A stretch of DNA of 64,000 nt from Nanobdellota archaeon (GTDB taxonomy: Archaea; Nanobdellota; Nanobdellia; Pacearchaeales; GW2011-AR1), in assembly GCA_038045705.1 (NCBI GenBank), contig JBBSXO010000002.1:11091-75090 (forward strand), given 5' to 3'. Below are positions 10,039-18,672 of the stretch, piece by piece. The notes under the pieces were generated by a model that saw only the letters and a program-made list of their open reading frames with translations, had not been told where the DNA came from and made no database searches. The position numbers were made by a program, and so were the translations under genes. Position 1 is the first letter of the stretch. The number at the start of each line of letters is the position of its first letter.

Positions 10039-10078
10039 GAGATTTCAACTAGTATTAATTAATATCCGTTGAAATCTC
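10039..10078. repeat. 40-bp near-perfect palindrome (GAGATTTCAAC-tag-TATTAATTAATA-tcc-GTTGAAATCTC)
   Basis: Read directly: 11-bp perfect inverted arms flank an internally palindromic AT core. It lies in a 300-nt noncoding gap after csp. Confidence 0.7.
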
Positions 10079-10216
10079 AAAACTATTAGTAAAATCTAGA
10101 GTTAAAACCTATAAAGTTTGGATTTACATTAATCCTTGTTGTATTAGTTTATTTGTGACCCTTATACTCCTAGGTCTAGACGCATAATCTTGAAGTTATC
10201 TTGAACTGTTTTATTC

Positions 10217-10753
10217 TTAGATCAACTCTTTTTGTATTAACTTATGAGCTCCATTAATCTTCTGAAACATCTCATGATTTCCTTCTGGCATATCTGGATG
10301 ATATTTCTTTGCTAAATTCTTGTATTTCTTGCTTATTACTTCAAAATCTTTCTCATTTTCATCTACATCTAATGTTTTTCTTGCCTCTATAAGTTGGTTA
10401 GGTAAATCATCATCTTCAGAAAACTCTTGTTTAAATTCATCAAGAGTTATCTCTCCATCAATTAGTTTTTGTATATAAATTTTTAGAATTTTATCAATAA
10501 CTGCCATGTTCTCAACAAACTTAGGCATTAAAGAATAAGTATATTTCAGGTTTCTACCGTCAAAATAAAAAGATGCAGAAGCAGGGGCTTTTTTACGAGC
10601 AATCATCTCAAGTTTTATTTCAGTGTCATAACGAGTAAGACCCAAAAGTCCAAGAGTATCTATGATGCTATTCTTAAGTTGAATAGCCCTCCTATCAAAA
10701 GAAGTCTCTATATTAGGAGCTTCTATCTCATTTCCTTTAATCTTAATAATCAT
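10217..10753 (-). CDS. J-domain protein (J domain at the C-terminus)
   Basis: KKYKNLAKKYHPDMPEGNHEMFQKINGAHKLI carries the HPD tripeptide and surrounding J-domain helices. The N-terminal 120 aa are unassigned. Confidence 0.7.
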   Translation of the reverse strand: MIIKIKGNEIEAPNIETSFDRRAIQLKNSIIDTLGLLGLTRYDTEIKLEMIARKKAPASASFYFDGRNLKYTYSLMPKFVENMAVIDKILKIYIQKLIDGEITLDEFKQEFSEDDDLPNQLIEARKTLDVDENEKDFEVISKKYKNLAKKYHPDMPEGNHEMFQKINGAHKLIQKELI

Positions 10754-10834
10754 AAAAAGATACCAAAAAATCGGTATTTAAAGTTCTCTAATTACTTACT
10801 TTGAGATTTTACCTTATCTAACTATAAAATCTAT

Positions 10835-11149
10835 TCACCGATGAATACAACCAGCCCAACAACAAGGCCTTCGTTTTCCTTCCATAAGTTCTGTGCATGT
10901 CCTTTCGATTCTATGAGTTCTAGTCTCCGTTTTCTTAGCGTCCTCAATCCAGCAGATAAACTCGTTCCTAGCAAGGGGTGTAATATCATTCCATGCCTCT
11001 CTTGCTTTTGGGAAAGAAGTAAGAACTATCTTTAAATCAGCTGGTACTTTATGCACCACACCTGATGAAATCTCTTTTTTCATAATAATAATATTCATCA
11101 AGATTTTATAAAAATATGCTCGAGACGAACCTATGACTCTTGGATTCAA
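10835..11149 (-). CDS. YdeI/OmpD-associated family protein
   Basis: VPADLKIVL...AREAWNDITPLARNEFICWIEDAKKTETRTHRIERTCTELMEGKRRPCCW matches the YdeI-like C-terminal domain pattern. The likely true start is the internal Met at 11083. Confidence 0.6.
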   Translation of the reverse strand: MNPRVIGSSRAYFYKILMNIIIMKKEISSGVVHKVPADLKIVLTSFPKAREAWNDITPLARNEFICWIEDAKKTETRTHRIERTCTELMEGKRRPCCWAGCIHR

Positions 11150-11163
11150 TTGATGGAACTAAA

Positions 11164-11277
11164 TCAAACTAAAAAAATCTTATTCATGGCTTCTTTAATT
11201 TTAGGAATATCGTTCTTTACAATATTCCAAACCATATGCATACTTACTTCATAGTAGCTATGCCATATAACTAAATA
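11164..11277 (-). pseudogene. C-terminal fragment of a HepT/DUF86-type (HEPN) toxin gene
   Basis: The minus-strand frame reads (stop)RLQYLVIWHSYYEVSMHMVWNIVKNDIPKIKEAMNKIFLV(stop). The xHxY..v....VWxIVxxDlPxLK tail is characteristic of DUF86. Only about 38 codons are open, and the fragment abuts the 3' end of the neighbouring toxin gene. Confidence 0.4.
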
Positions 11278-11615
11278 CTGAAGCCTTCAGGACCTAAATT
11301 TGTTAATATCTTCTTTATCTCATTGATTGTTTCTTGTTGATCTTTTTTATTTGACATTCTAACAAATCTTATTAGCAAATCAACTAAATTTGCCTCATCC
11401 ATGACCTTTAGTTTGTATCCATCTGTAATAAAGTAAAATCTAAAATTTTTATATTTTAATTCTTTTATTACTATTCCTCCAACTTGGCCTAACATTTTGC
11501 CCTTTTTTGGATTATTCTCCAAAGTTTCTAATAAATCAATAATTTCGTGTGCTTCTCCTTTAAATTTTTTCTGAATTTCTTCAAATAAAGATTTGATTAT
11601 TTCGACCTTGGCCAT
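11271..11615 (-). CDS. RelE/HigB (Gp49)-like toxin
   Basis: 114 aa. LENNPKKGKMLGQVGGIVIKELKYKNFRFYFITDG...FVRMSNKKDQQETINEIKK fits the RelE/Gp49 pattern (ElR..yRfyf...F.KK.qk.p..ei). It overlaps the upstream small gene by 19 nt. A paralog lies at 63353-63691. Confidence 0.6.
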   Translation of the reverse strand: MAKVEIIKSLFEEIQKKFKGEAHEIIDLLETLENNPKKGKMLGQVGGIVIKELKYKNFRFYFITDGYKLKVMDEANLVDLLIRFVRMSNKKDQQETINEIKKILTNLGPEGFSI

Positions 11616-11809
11616 TTTTTATTCAACTCTTTTCTAGCCTCTTCTATAGAAATAGTGCCTTCTGAGGAAAGTAGGAATTCTCTTAGTTGTTCTTTAACTG
11701 CTAGAGAATAAATTCTTTTAAGAATTTCTTCATAACTTTCATTCTTTGTTCCAAATGAAGAGAGCTTATCTTTCATTTCTTTGCTTAATTGAATTGTTGT
11801 TATGTCCAT
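11597..11809 (-). CDS. putative antitoxin (ribbon-helix-helix-like)
   Basis: 70 aa. The N-terminal TTIQLSKEMKDKL strand followed by helices is RHH-like. It is translationally coupled to the toxin gene. A paralog lies at 63679-63885. Confidence 0.55.
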   Translation of the reverse strand: MDITTIQLSKEMKDKLSSFGTKNESYEEILKRIYSLAVKEQLREFLLSSEGTISIEEARKELNKKWPRSK

Positions 11810-12010
11810 TTTAACCTATAGTCACCATAGTAGCTATAGTTTATAAATCTTTTCATTAGTTTTAAACTCTTGCGGTAAAACTTCAGTGTTTACATGTACC
11901 TAAGAAATGAAGATACTAAAAGTCGAGTAGTCAGCAATTCGATTTTCCCTGAGACCATTAATTAAGAGATATTATAAACCTTAATTGCCTTAACAATTAA
12001 AGAAAGTAAA

Positions 12011-13105
12011 ATGAAAAAGAGATTTATAATAATTGGGACAATTATTGTAGTTATAGTATTACTTCTTGTATTAAAACAACTTACAAATCCAGAAAAAAAC
12101 GAGTTAAATACACAGACAATGCAAAATGAACAAATAAACCAGCAAAGTCCAGGAAATGTAAGAAATGAAGAAGAAACAAATTGTCCTCCGGTGTTTAGTT
12201 ATGAATTCACAGACTTTTCAAAGATTGATGCATTTCAGCCTATCGGTTCAATCGCAGGAGCATCACGTGGCAGAAGTTATATTAATGTAAAAAATGGGGT
12301 GAGCGTACCAGTCTATGCTCCTATGGATGCTACTTTAGTTTCAATAATCTATGCATATCGCGGACCTGAAGCAGATCATGGAGAATATGGATTAAAATTT
12401 GATACTAAATGTGGTGTGATCTTTCTTCTTGATCATTTAGATTCTGCATCAGATGAAATAAAAAAATATGCTCCAGCAGAACCAGTTAGATCAACAGCTA
12501 CGAATGACAATTTAGCAATTCCAATAAAAGCTGGAACTCTTTTAGGTTATACTGATGGCACTCCTCAAGCAAGGACTTTTGACTTTTTAGTAATAGACCA
12601 AACAAAAAAAGCTTATTATATTAATCCAGAAAGATGGAAATGGGAACAATCTCTTTATTCAGTTTGTCCTTATGATCTCTATACAGAGGATTTAAAGGAA
12701 AAATATTATCAAAAAATAGGAGTAGCATATGATGGCGGTTTTAAAAAAGCTGAAAATTGTGGAAACCCTTCATATGACGTTGAAAACACAATTTCAGGAG
12801 GGTGGTTTCTAGACGAACAAGCCACAGATCTTAAAGGAGAATTCCTGTTAATAGGAAAAGCAATGGGCTCTGTTGATGTAGTGGTTAAAGAAGAGAGCGA
12901 GGGAACAAAATTAAGAATAACAGATAATAATCCAGAGAAAAACCCAATAGATATTGGAATTGGCGAATCAGTTTGTTATGAAGGATTTAACAATAATTGG
13001 GCATATCTTCATTTAGTTGATAAAACAACAATTGAATTATCTAGCGGACAAGGCGAATGTCCGTCATCTTTTCCTCAAACTAATTCAAAGAAATATTATA
13101 GATAA
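12011..13105 (+). CDS. exported or membrane-anchored hypothetical protein
   Basis: 364 aa with an N-terminal TM/signal segment (FIIIGTIIVVIVLLLVL). No confident domain; any resemblance to LytM-type peptidases is too weak to call. Confidence 0.5.
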   Translation: MKKRFIIIGTIIVVIVLLLVLKQLTNPEKNELNTQTMQNEQINQQSPGNVRNEEETNCPPVFSYEFTDFSKIDAFQPIGSIAGASRGRSYINVKNGVSVPVYAPMDATLVSIIYAYRGPEADHGEYGLKFDTKCGVIFLLDHLDSASDEIKKYAPAEPVRSTATNDNLAIPIKAGTLLGYTDGTPQARTFDFLVIDQTKKAYYINPERWKWEQSLYSVCPYDLYTEDLKEKYYQKIGVAYDGGFKKAENCGNPSYDVENTISGGWFLDEQATDLKGEFLLIGKAMGSVDVVVKEESEGTKLRITDNNPEKNPIDIGIGESVCYEGFNNNWAYLHLVDKTTIELSSGQGECPSSFPQTNSKKYYR

Positions 13106-13284
13106 AAAATAATTAAACTAATTAAGTTATATTATTATTTTAAGTCTAGGAAATATGTTATGGTTTACACCAAGGATATGGTTTTACTAACCAATATTAA
13201 TAACCTTTTTATTTACTTAAATAAAACAAAAGATTAATTATATATATTAAATGTCTCTTGAGATCATGGAAATAAAAATCTTTC

Positions 13285-13674
13285 TTAATTTAAGAAAGTT
13301 TGAGCATAATTAATATATTCTCCGGTTAAAAAAAGAGTTCTTTTTTTACCATCTGGTCCTATTGGCTTTCTTTCAGGACTATTAAAGTATCCAATGCCCA
13401 TTTCTCCTTCTTTGAACTTAGAGTGTTCTCTTAAGAGATTTCGATAACTCCTCAATTGTCTTAATCCAGGCTTTAGACGATGAATATAGTCTTCTATTCT
13501 CTCACCATCTTCTCTAACATGTAATCTCACTGCACTTAATGAAGCACAAATATTCCCAATAATGTGGCAAAAATGTCCTTGATTTCCTTTATTTTCTTCA
13601 ATAAGGCTCTCTTGTAGATCTCTGCCTGCTTTAGCTACTCTCTCAAATCTTCTCAATATTTTTTCCGTATCCAT
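13285..13674 (-). CDS. hypothetical protein
   Basis: 129 aa ORF with no recognised motif. Confidence 0.4.
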   Translation of the reverse strand: MDTEKILRRFERVAKAGRDLQESLIEENKGNQGHFCHIIGNICASLSAVRLHVREDGERIEDYIHRLKPGLRQLRSYRNLLREHSKFKEGEMGIGYFNSPERKPIGPDGKKRTLFLTGEYINYAQTFLN

Positions 13675-13961
13675 AAAAGACCTAAAAAATAACTCTTTTT
13701 AAACATAACTAAAACTACTAGTTCTGAGAGTAAGCCTACTCCACCATTAGCGTTAAACCTGTTCTCGAGCCTATTGGTATACCAAGTCCAGAGCATAGCT
13801 TTACTTAATTTGACCAGCCATTGCTTTATATTATTACAAGGACTTTCCTCGTTAAAGAATTTAAAATGTTCTTATTCTCCATTAGATAAATCATCTTACT
13901 ATTTACACAAATAACCTAATTTTTACTTAGCAAGTCTTCACCAGAAAAATCCCTATAAAAA

Positions 13962-16874
13962 TCATTCACCACAACCACTACGCTGTGTAGTATTGCAAGA
14001 ACTACATTTAATCGCGCAATTGCCAATTCTCTTCGCAGGGCCACCGCACAAACCACAGACTAAACCCTCATCACTTGTAAAAGATATTAAGTCTTTTTGT
14101 TCTTCATTCACTAATGGATTTTCCATTTGAGGAATTTCTAACTCTATTGCTTGAGCTTTCCCAAATGTATTCAACATAAATTGTGCAATATAATCTACAA
14201 TACTTGATGCTGTTCTGATTGGGGATTGCATCTCATCTAAGGCTCCGCGTTCTTCAGCATTCCTAACAAATCCGCTAGGTTCAAACTTCTGATGTCTAAA
14301 TTTTCCGAACAAATCTTTAACAGTTACACCATACTGTAAGTTCATTGACATAGATAATGCCCATGCATCAATCAGACCGCGAACAGTAGAACCTTGTTTT
14401 GCAATAGTCACAAATATTTCTCCAGGACGACCATCATCATATAATCCTACAGTCAAGTAACCTTTATGGTCTGCAAGCTCAAACTTATGAGTTATAGACC
14501 TTCTAGTCTGAGGAAGCTGTTCCCTACTCTGTTTAACTGTTACAACATCTGCCTTCTTAGTCATCTCACCTTCTGTCTTCTTTACATTCAAAGGCTGACT
14601 TCTTTTTGAGTTCTCTCTATAAATTGCAACCGCTTTCAATCCTCTCTCCCAAGCAAACATGTAAGCATCCATTATCTCTTCAACAGTCGCAGATTCAGGC
14701 ATGTTAATCGTCTTAGAGATAGCCCCAGATACATAAGGCTGACAAACCGCCATCATTAAAACATGACCTTTATAGTGAATAGATCTTTTACCTTTAGCAG
14801 CCTTGAAAGCACAATCAAATACTGGTAAATGTTCAGACTTTAGGTAAGGAGTCCCTTCAATAGTATCATTCTTATTAATATAATCAAGAATGTTTTTAAC
14901 ATCATTTTCACCATAACCTAGTCTATTCAAAGCAAGCCCGACAGAACGATTAACTATTTTCAACATTCCTCCGCCAGATAAGACTTTATACTTTACCATT
15001 GCAATATCTGGTTCGATCCCAGTTGTATCGCAATCAAGCATAAAAGATATAGTTCCAGTCGGAGCAAGTACTGTGGCTTGTGAGTTTCTAAAACCATATT
15101 GTTTACCAAGTTCATAAGCATCGCTCCATGAGTCCCATGCTTCATTTACCAAATATCTCAAATCATAAGGAATCTTATTTACATCAATATCTTTAACATG
15201 ATCGCGATGCATCTTAATTACTTCTAACATTGACTCGCGATTTTCATTATATCTTGGAAATGGTCCAACAATAGAAGCAATGTTTGCAGATGCCTTGTAA
15301 GCTTGTCCACACATCAAAGCAGTTATTGCAGCACTAACTGCACGACCTTCATCTGAATCATAAGGTAATCCAAAACTCATAAGTAAGGCACCTAAGTTAG
15401 CATATCCAAGTCCAAGAGGACGAAAATCATGAGAATTCTGAGCTATCTTTTCAGTTGGGTAACTAGAACCATCAACTAACAATTCCATTGATGTGATAAA
15501 TCTATCAACTACTTTCTTAAATGATTCAGTATCAAACTTTCTATCATTATTCAAAAACTTCATCAAATTAATTGAAGCCAAATTACAAGCAGAGTCATCT
15601 AAAAACAAATATTCAGAACATGGGTTAGAAGCATTTATTCTTCCTGAAACTTTAGAGGTATGATATTTGTTAATTATTGTATCGAACTGCATTCCAGGGT
15701 CACCACAAACATGTGTTCCTTCAGCTATTTTGCGCAAAATATCTTTGGCCTTAAAAGTTTCGCAGACTCCACCAGTTCTGACAAACTTAGTCTGCCATTC
15801 CCCATCTGTTTTAACCGCATCCATAAAATTATCAGAAGCCCTAACTGACATATTACAGTTCTGAAAAGCAACACTTGCATAGGCTTCACCATTCATCCCA
15901 CCAGAATATCCTTGCTCTATCAATGCCCAAGCTTTTCTTTCTTCTTTCTGTTTAGATTCAATAAAATCAAGAACATCAGGATGATCAACATTAAGAATTT
16001 CCATCTTAGCAGCACGCCTAGTCTTGCCCCCAGATTTAATAGCTCCAGCGTAAGCATCATAGCCCTTCATAAAAGACATAGGACCACTAGACCTTCCACC
16101 ACCAGTTAACTTTTCCTTACTGCTCCTAAGAGTAGAACGGTTAGTTCCAGTCCCACTTCCAGCTTTAAATAAATTAGCTTCAGCAACTTGAACAGCCATT
16201 ATAGAGTCCATTGTGTCTTCCATGCTTTGTATAAAACAAGCAGAACATTGAGGTCTATCCATTGTCTTCTGAGATTTTATAATTTTATCACTAATAGAAT
16301 CCCAAACATAAGCAGAAACTCCTCCTGCATTAGAATCATACTCTTGAATTCCAACGTTAAACCAAACAGGAGAGTTAAAAACAGCCATTTGATGCAAACA
16401 AATAGAAGCTACCTCATCTCTCAAAGAATCAGCTTGTTCTTGATTGAATAGTTTCTGTTTAACAGCTTGTCTTCCAATAAATTTAGAAACCCTGCTAATA
16501 ATTTTTTCAACAGAATCTTCTCGTTCATTTTTTACCTGATCCCCCCAGAAATATTTACTAGCAACAACTTTCAAAGCAAGAGAGCTCCAAAATTCAGGTT
16601 TCTTAACATTTTTTTGAGTAAATACAACTTTCCCCATATCATCTGTAACCGCAACATCTTCACTAACCCAGTTAATCTCATTTCCATACATATTGTATCT
16701 AAAAGCATCCCTTCCAAGCTTAGTAAAGTATCTATCGACTAAAGAATTTGGATTTGCAAAATCAGAGGCCTGTTTTGAAACAAATATAGAAGAATTTTTA
16801 TCTTCAGATTCGTTGTTTTCAAGGCTCATTATTTTTTGTTTTCTCCTTTTTATCGAATGTAAAAAACACTTCAT
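13962..16874 (-). CDS. nrdJ: ribonucleoside-triphosphate/diphosphate reductase, class II (adenosylcobalamin-dependent)
   Basis: Long single-chain RNR with the active-site SNPCSEY...CNLASINL, no adjacent small subunit, and a C-terminal Cys-rich tail (CGLCGG...CSSCN...GCGE) typical of class II enzymes. The probable start is the Met at 16829 (MSLENNE). Confidence 0.87.
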   Translation of the reverse strand: MKCFLHSIKRRKQKIMSLENNESEDKNSSIFVSKQASDFANPNSLVDRYFTKLGRDAFRYNMYGNEINWVSEDVAVTDDMGKVVFTQKNVKKPEFWSSLALKVVASKYFWGDQVKNEREDSVEKIISRVSKFIGRQAVKQKLFNQEQADSLRDEVASICLHQMAVFNSPVWFNVGIQEYDSNAGGVSAYVWDSISDKIIKSQKTMDRPQCSACFIQSMEDTMDSIMAVQVAEANLFKAGSGTGTNRSTLRSSKEKLTGGGRSSGPMSFMKGYDAYAGAIKSGGKTRRAAKMEILNVDHPDVLDFIESKQKEERKAWALIEQGYSGGMNGEAYASVAFQNCNMSVRASDNFMDAVKTDGEWQTKFVRTGGVCETFKAKDILRKIAEGTHVCGDPGMQFDTIINKYHTSKVSGRINASNPCSEYLFLDDSACNLASINLMKFLNNDRKFDTESFKKVVDRFITSMELLVDGSSYPTEKIAQNSHDFRPLGLGYANLGALLMSFGLPYDSDEGRAVSAAITALMCGQAYKASANIASIVGPFPRYNENRESMLEVIKMHRDHVKDIDVNKIPYDLRYLVNEAWDSWSDAYELGKQYGFRNSQATVLAPTGTISFMLDCDTTGIEPDIAMVKYKVLSGGGMLKIVNRSVGLALNRLGYGENDVKNILDYINKNDTIEGTPYLKSEHLPVFDCAFKAAKGKRSIHYKGHVLMMAVCQPYVSGAISKTINMPESATVEEIMDAYMFAWERGLKAVAIYRENSKRSQPLNVKKTEGEMTKKADVVTVKQSREQLPQTRRSITHKFELADHKGYLTVGLYDDGRPGEIFVTIAKQGSTVRGLIDAWALSMSMNLQYGVTVKDLFGKFRHQKFEPSGFVRNAEERGALDEMQSPIRTASSIVDYIAQFMLNTFGKAQAIELEIPQMENPLVNEEQKDLISFTSDEGLVCGLCGGPAKRIGNCAIKCSSCNTTQRSGCGE

Positions 16875-17036
16875 CGCTCATTTCTTACAATCTGATTTCT
16901 CAATACAAAATCTATATTTAAACTTTTATGTAATTCACTATTTATCTAATTAATTTTTCAGTAGTAATGTTCGTTTTACTGTAAAAAATAAAAATTTTTC
17001 AGAAAGTTATTTAAACCAAAACTATTTATTAAAATT

Positions 17037-17291
17037 ATGAATCCATTACTAAGTGATTATCAATTTTTGGCAAATATCCCCCCAATTCTGTTAGCAATAG
17101 TATTGATTTGGTCTTTAATTTGGAAAGGTCTTGCATTATGGAAAGCTTCAAAAAGAGATAGTAAGGGTTGGTTTGTGGCAATTTTAATAATTAACACAGT
17201 AGGTATTTTAGAAATTCTCTATTTCTTTCTGTTCTCAAAGATAGATTTAGATGAAAAGAATAGTAAATCTAAAGTGAAGAAAAGAAAGTAA
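17037..17291 (+). CDS. small two-TM membrane protein
   Basis: 84 aa with two hydrophobic helices and a Lys-rich tail. Confidence 0.5.
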   Translation: MNPLLSDYQFLANIPPILLAIVLIWSLIWKGLALWKASKRDSKGWFVAILIINTVGILEILYFFLFSKIDLDEKNSKSKVKKRK

Positions 17292-17293
17292 TT

Positions 17294-18205
17294 TTATTTA
17301 GCAGTTTCAGTAAACTGGACGTCGTCGGGTAAAAAGAGAACTGCCTTTTTCTGAATTTCTTCATAGCTTTTTATGAGCTCATCGTAATTTGTGTTATTAT
17401 CTTTTTTATAATTACACCAATCACAATATCTACCATTGCAAGATGGCCATTCAGTTGTAGACTCTATCTTTTTTATCAATTCAATGGTATCATACCTTAA
17501 TTTATCAAGTTGTTCAGGAGTTCTTTCAGAAACGACCTGTTTATTAAAATTAAGGAAATGCCAAATTAATTTTACCTTTATTTCTTTTCCAAATGCTTCT
17601 TTTAATCCAATATGGTACAGTGCAAGTTGTCTATCATTCTCAAAGTCCTCTTTCTTTTTCATGGACTGATTTGTCTTATAATCATGAACTTCATAAGTTC
17701 CATCCTCAGCCATATCTAACCTATCTATAAATCCTTGAATTTTATATTTTCCTTCTGGGTCTAATGAGAATAAGACTTTACGTTCTATAGCCAAAACATT
17801 TTGCTTAAACGGTTTGTTCTTAGTATAATAATCTGTCAAAAACCTAACCCCTTTATTATAAGCTTGAATATCATCTCCATCCTCTGCTCTTAGACTTTCA
17901 TCTTGAAGAAGAGAAATCCATCGTTCAGTAAAGTATTCCATTAATTCATCAATACTAACTTCTCTATGTTTTACCTGGTAGTATAACCATTCCAAAGCCT
18001 CATGTACAGCACTCCCCAAAAAGAGAGGAATTGTAGTAGGCATTTGAGGTGCTTTCTTATCAATATATTTCAGTTTGTAAAATTCAGGGCAACTCTCGTA
18101 AAGCCACAATCGAGAGTGTGAATAGATAGTTTCACCACTCCCATTACTCGATTTTCTCATCACCATGTTACAGACACAAAAATGTCTATTATAAAAATCT
18201 ATCAA
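17294..18205 (-). CDS. PD-(D/E)XK nuclease, Cas4/AddB-like, with a predicted 4-Cys cluster
   Basis: N-terminal Cys (YESCPEFYKLKY), nuclease core GFIDRLD...YEVHDYKT, and C-terminal CNGRYCDWCNYK. This is the Cas4/RecB-family arrangement. No cas genes or CRISPR array are nearby. Confidence 0.7.
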   Translation of the reverse strand: MIDFYNRHFCVCNMVMRKSSNGSGETIYSHSRLWLYESCPEFYKLKYIDKKAPQMPTTIPLFLGSAVHEALEWLYYQVKHREVSIDELMEYFTERWISLLQDESLRAEDGDDIQAYNKGVRFLTDYYTKNKPFKQNVLAIERKVLFSLDPEGKYKIQGFIDRLDMAEDGTYEVHDYKTNQSMKKKEDFENDRQLALYHIGLKEAFGKEIKVKLIWHFLNFNKQVVSERTPEQLDKLRYDTIELIKKIESTTEWPSCNGRYCDWCNYKKDNNTNYDELIKSYEEIQKKAVLFLPDDVQFTETAK

Positions 18206-18522
18206 TCATCAACAAGTCTATTTTTCTGAATCCAATCTCTCTTTGCCTGACAATGCATTTCTCGAGTAAGTCCATACCCCAGATCAATATCTGTATTTGT
18301 ATATCCTGATGGTTTTCTACATAGGGGTGGAAAATCTTGTTTCATTAAATCCATTGATGGAAATTCTCTTTTTCGATGAGTAAGACCAGATTTACCAATA
18401 GTTGCACGATGAGTTATATAGTGTTCTTTTCCATTAGAATCTACAAAAAGTAATGCACTACAAATAATTCTATCCATTTCAATACAACTTAACATTTCTA
18501 ATCTTTGGGGCATGAAAAACAA
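18202..18522 (-). CDS. hypothetical protein
   Basis: 106 aa ORF overlapping the downstream nuclease ORF by 4 nt. No recognised motif. Confidence 0.35.
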   Translation of the reverse strand: MFFMPQRLEMLSCIEMDRIICSALLFVDSNGKEHYITHRATIGKSGLTHRKREFPSMDLMKQDFPPLCRKPSGYTNTDIDLGYGLTREMHCQAKRDWIQKNRLVDD

Positions 18523-18564
18523 CTGAAACCATACATATTAAAATCTTTTTATAGCCTAAAACAA

Positions 18565-18642
18565 TTATCTTCCAGCAACTCTTCTATTTACTTTTCTCTT
18601 AAGAATTGCTTTTCTTCTCGATCTTCGAACTGTTTTCCTCAT
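18565..18642 (-). CDS. possible 25-aa Arg/Lys-rich peptide (MRKTVRRSRRKAILKRKVNRRVAGR)
   Basis: Read by hand; it falls below the ORF-track size cut-off. Its composition recalls tiny basic ribosomal proteins, but I recognise no sequence match. Confidence 0.2.
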   Translation of the reverse strand: MRKTVRRSRRKAILKRKVNRRVAGR

Positions 18643-18672
18643 AATAAAATAAGTAAGAACTAATTTTTAAAC

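Noticed and set aside
10011-10078. GTTGAAA(TCTC) repeats reminiscent of CRISPR repeats
   Set aside because: The copies are inverted rather than direct. There are only two or three of them, they lack regular spacers, and no cas genes are present. They form palindromes, not an array.
13962-16874. Possible intein in the 970-aa ribonucleotide reductase
   Set aside because: No intein splicing blocks or LAGLIDADG/HNH insert are visible. The length is within the range of single-chain class II enzymes with a C-terminal Cys-rich tail.
15660-16953. Series of plus-strand ORFs (15660, 15667, 15912, 16188, 16467, 16693)
   Set aside because: All are antisense to the class II ribonucleotide reductase gene, and their translations are low-complexity.
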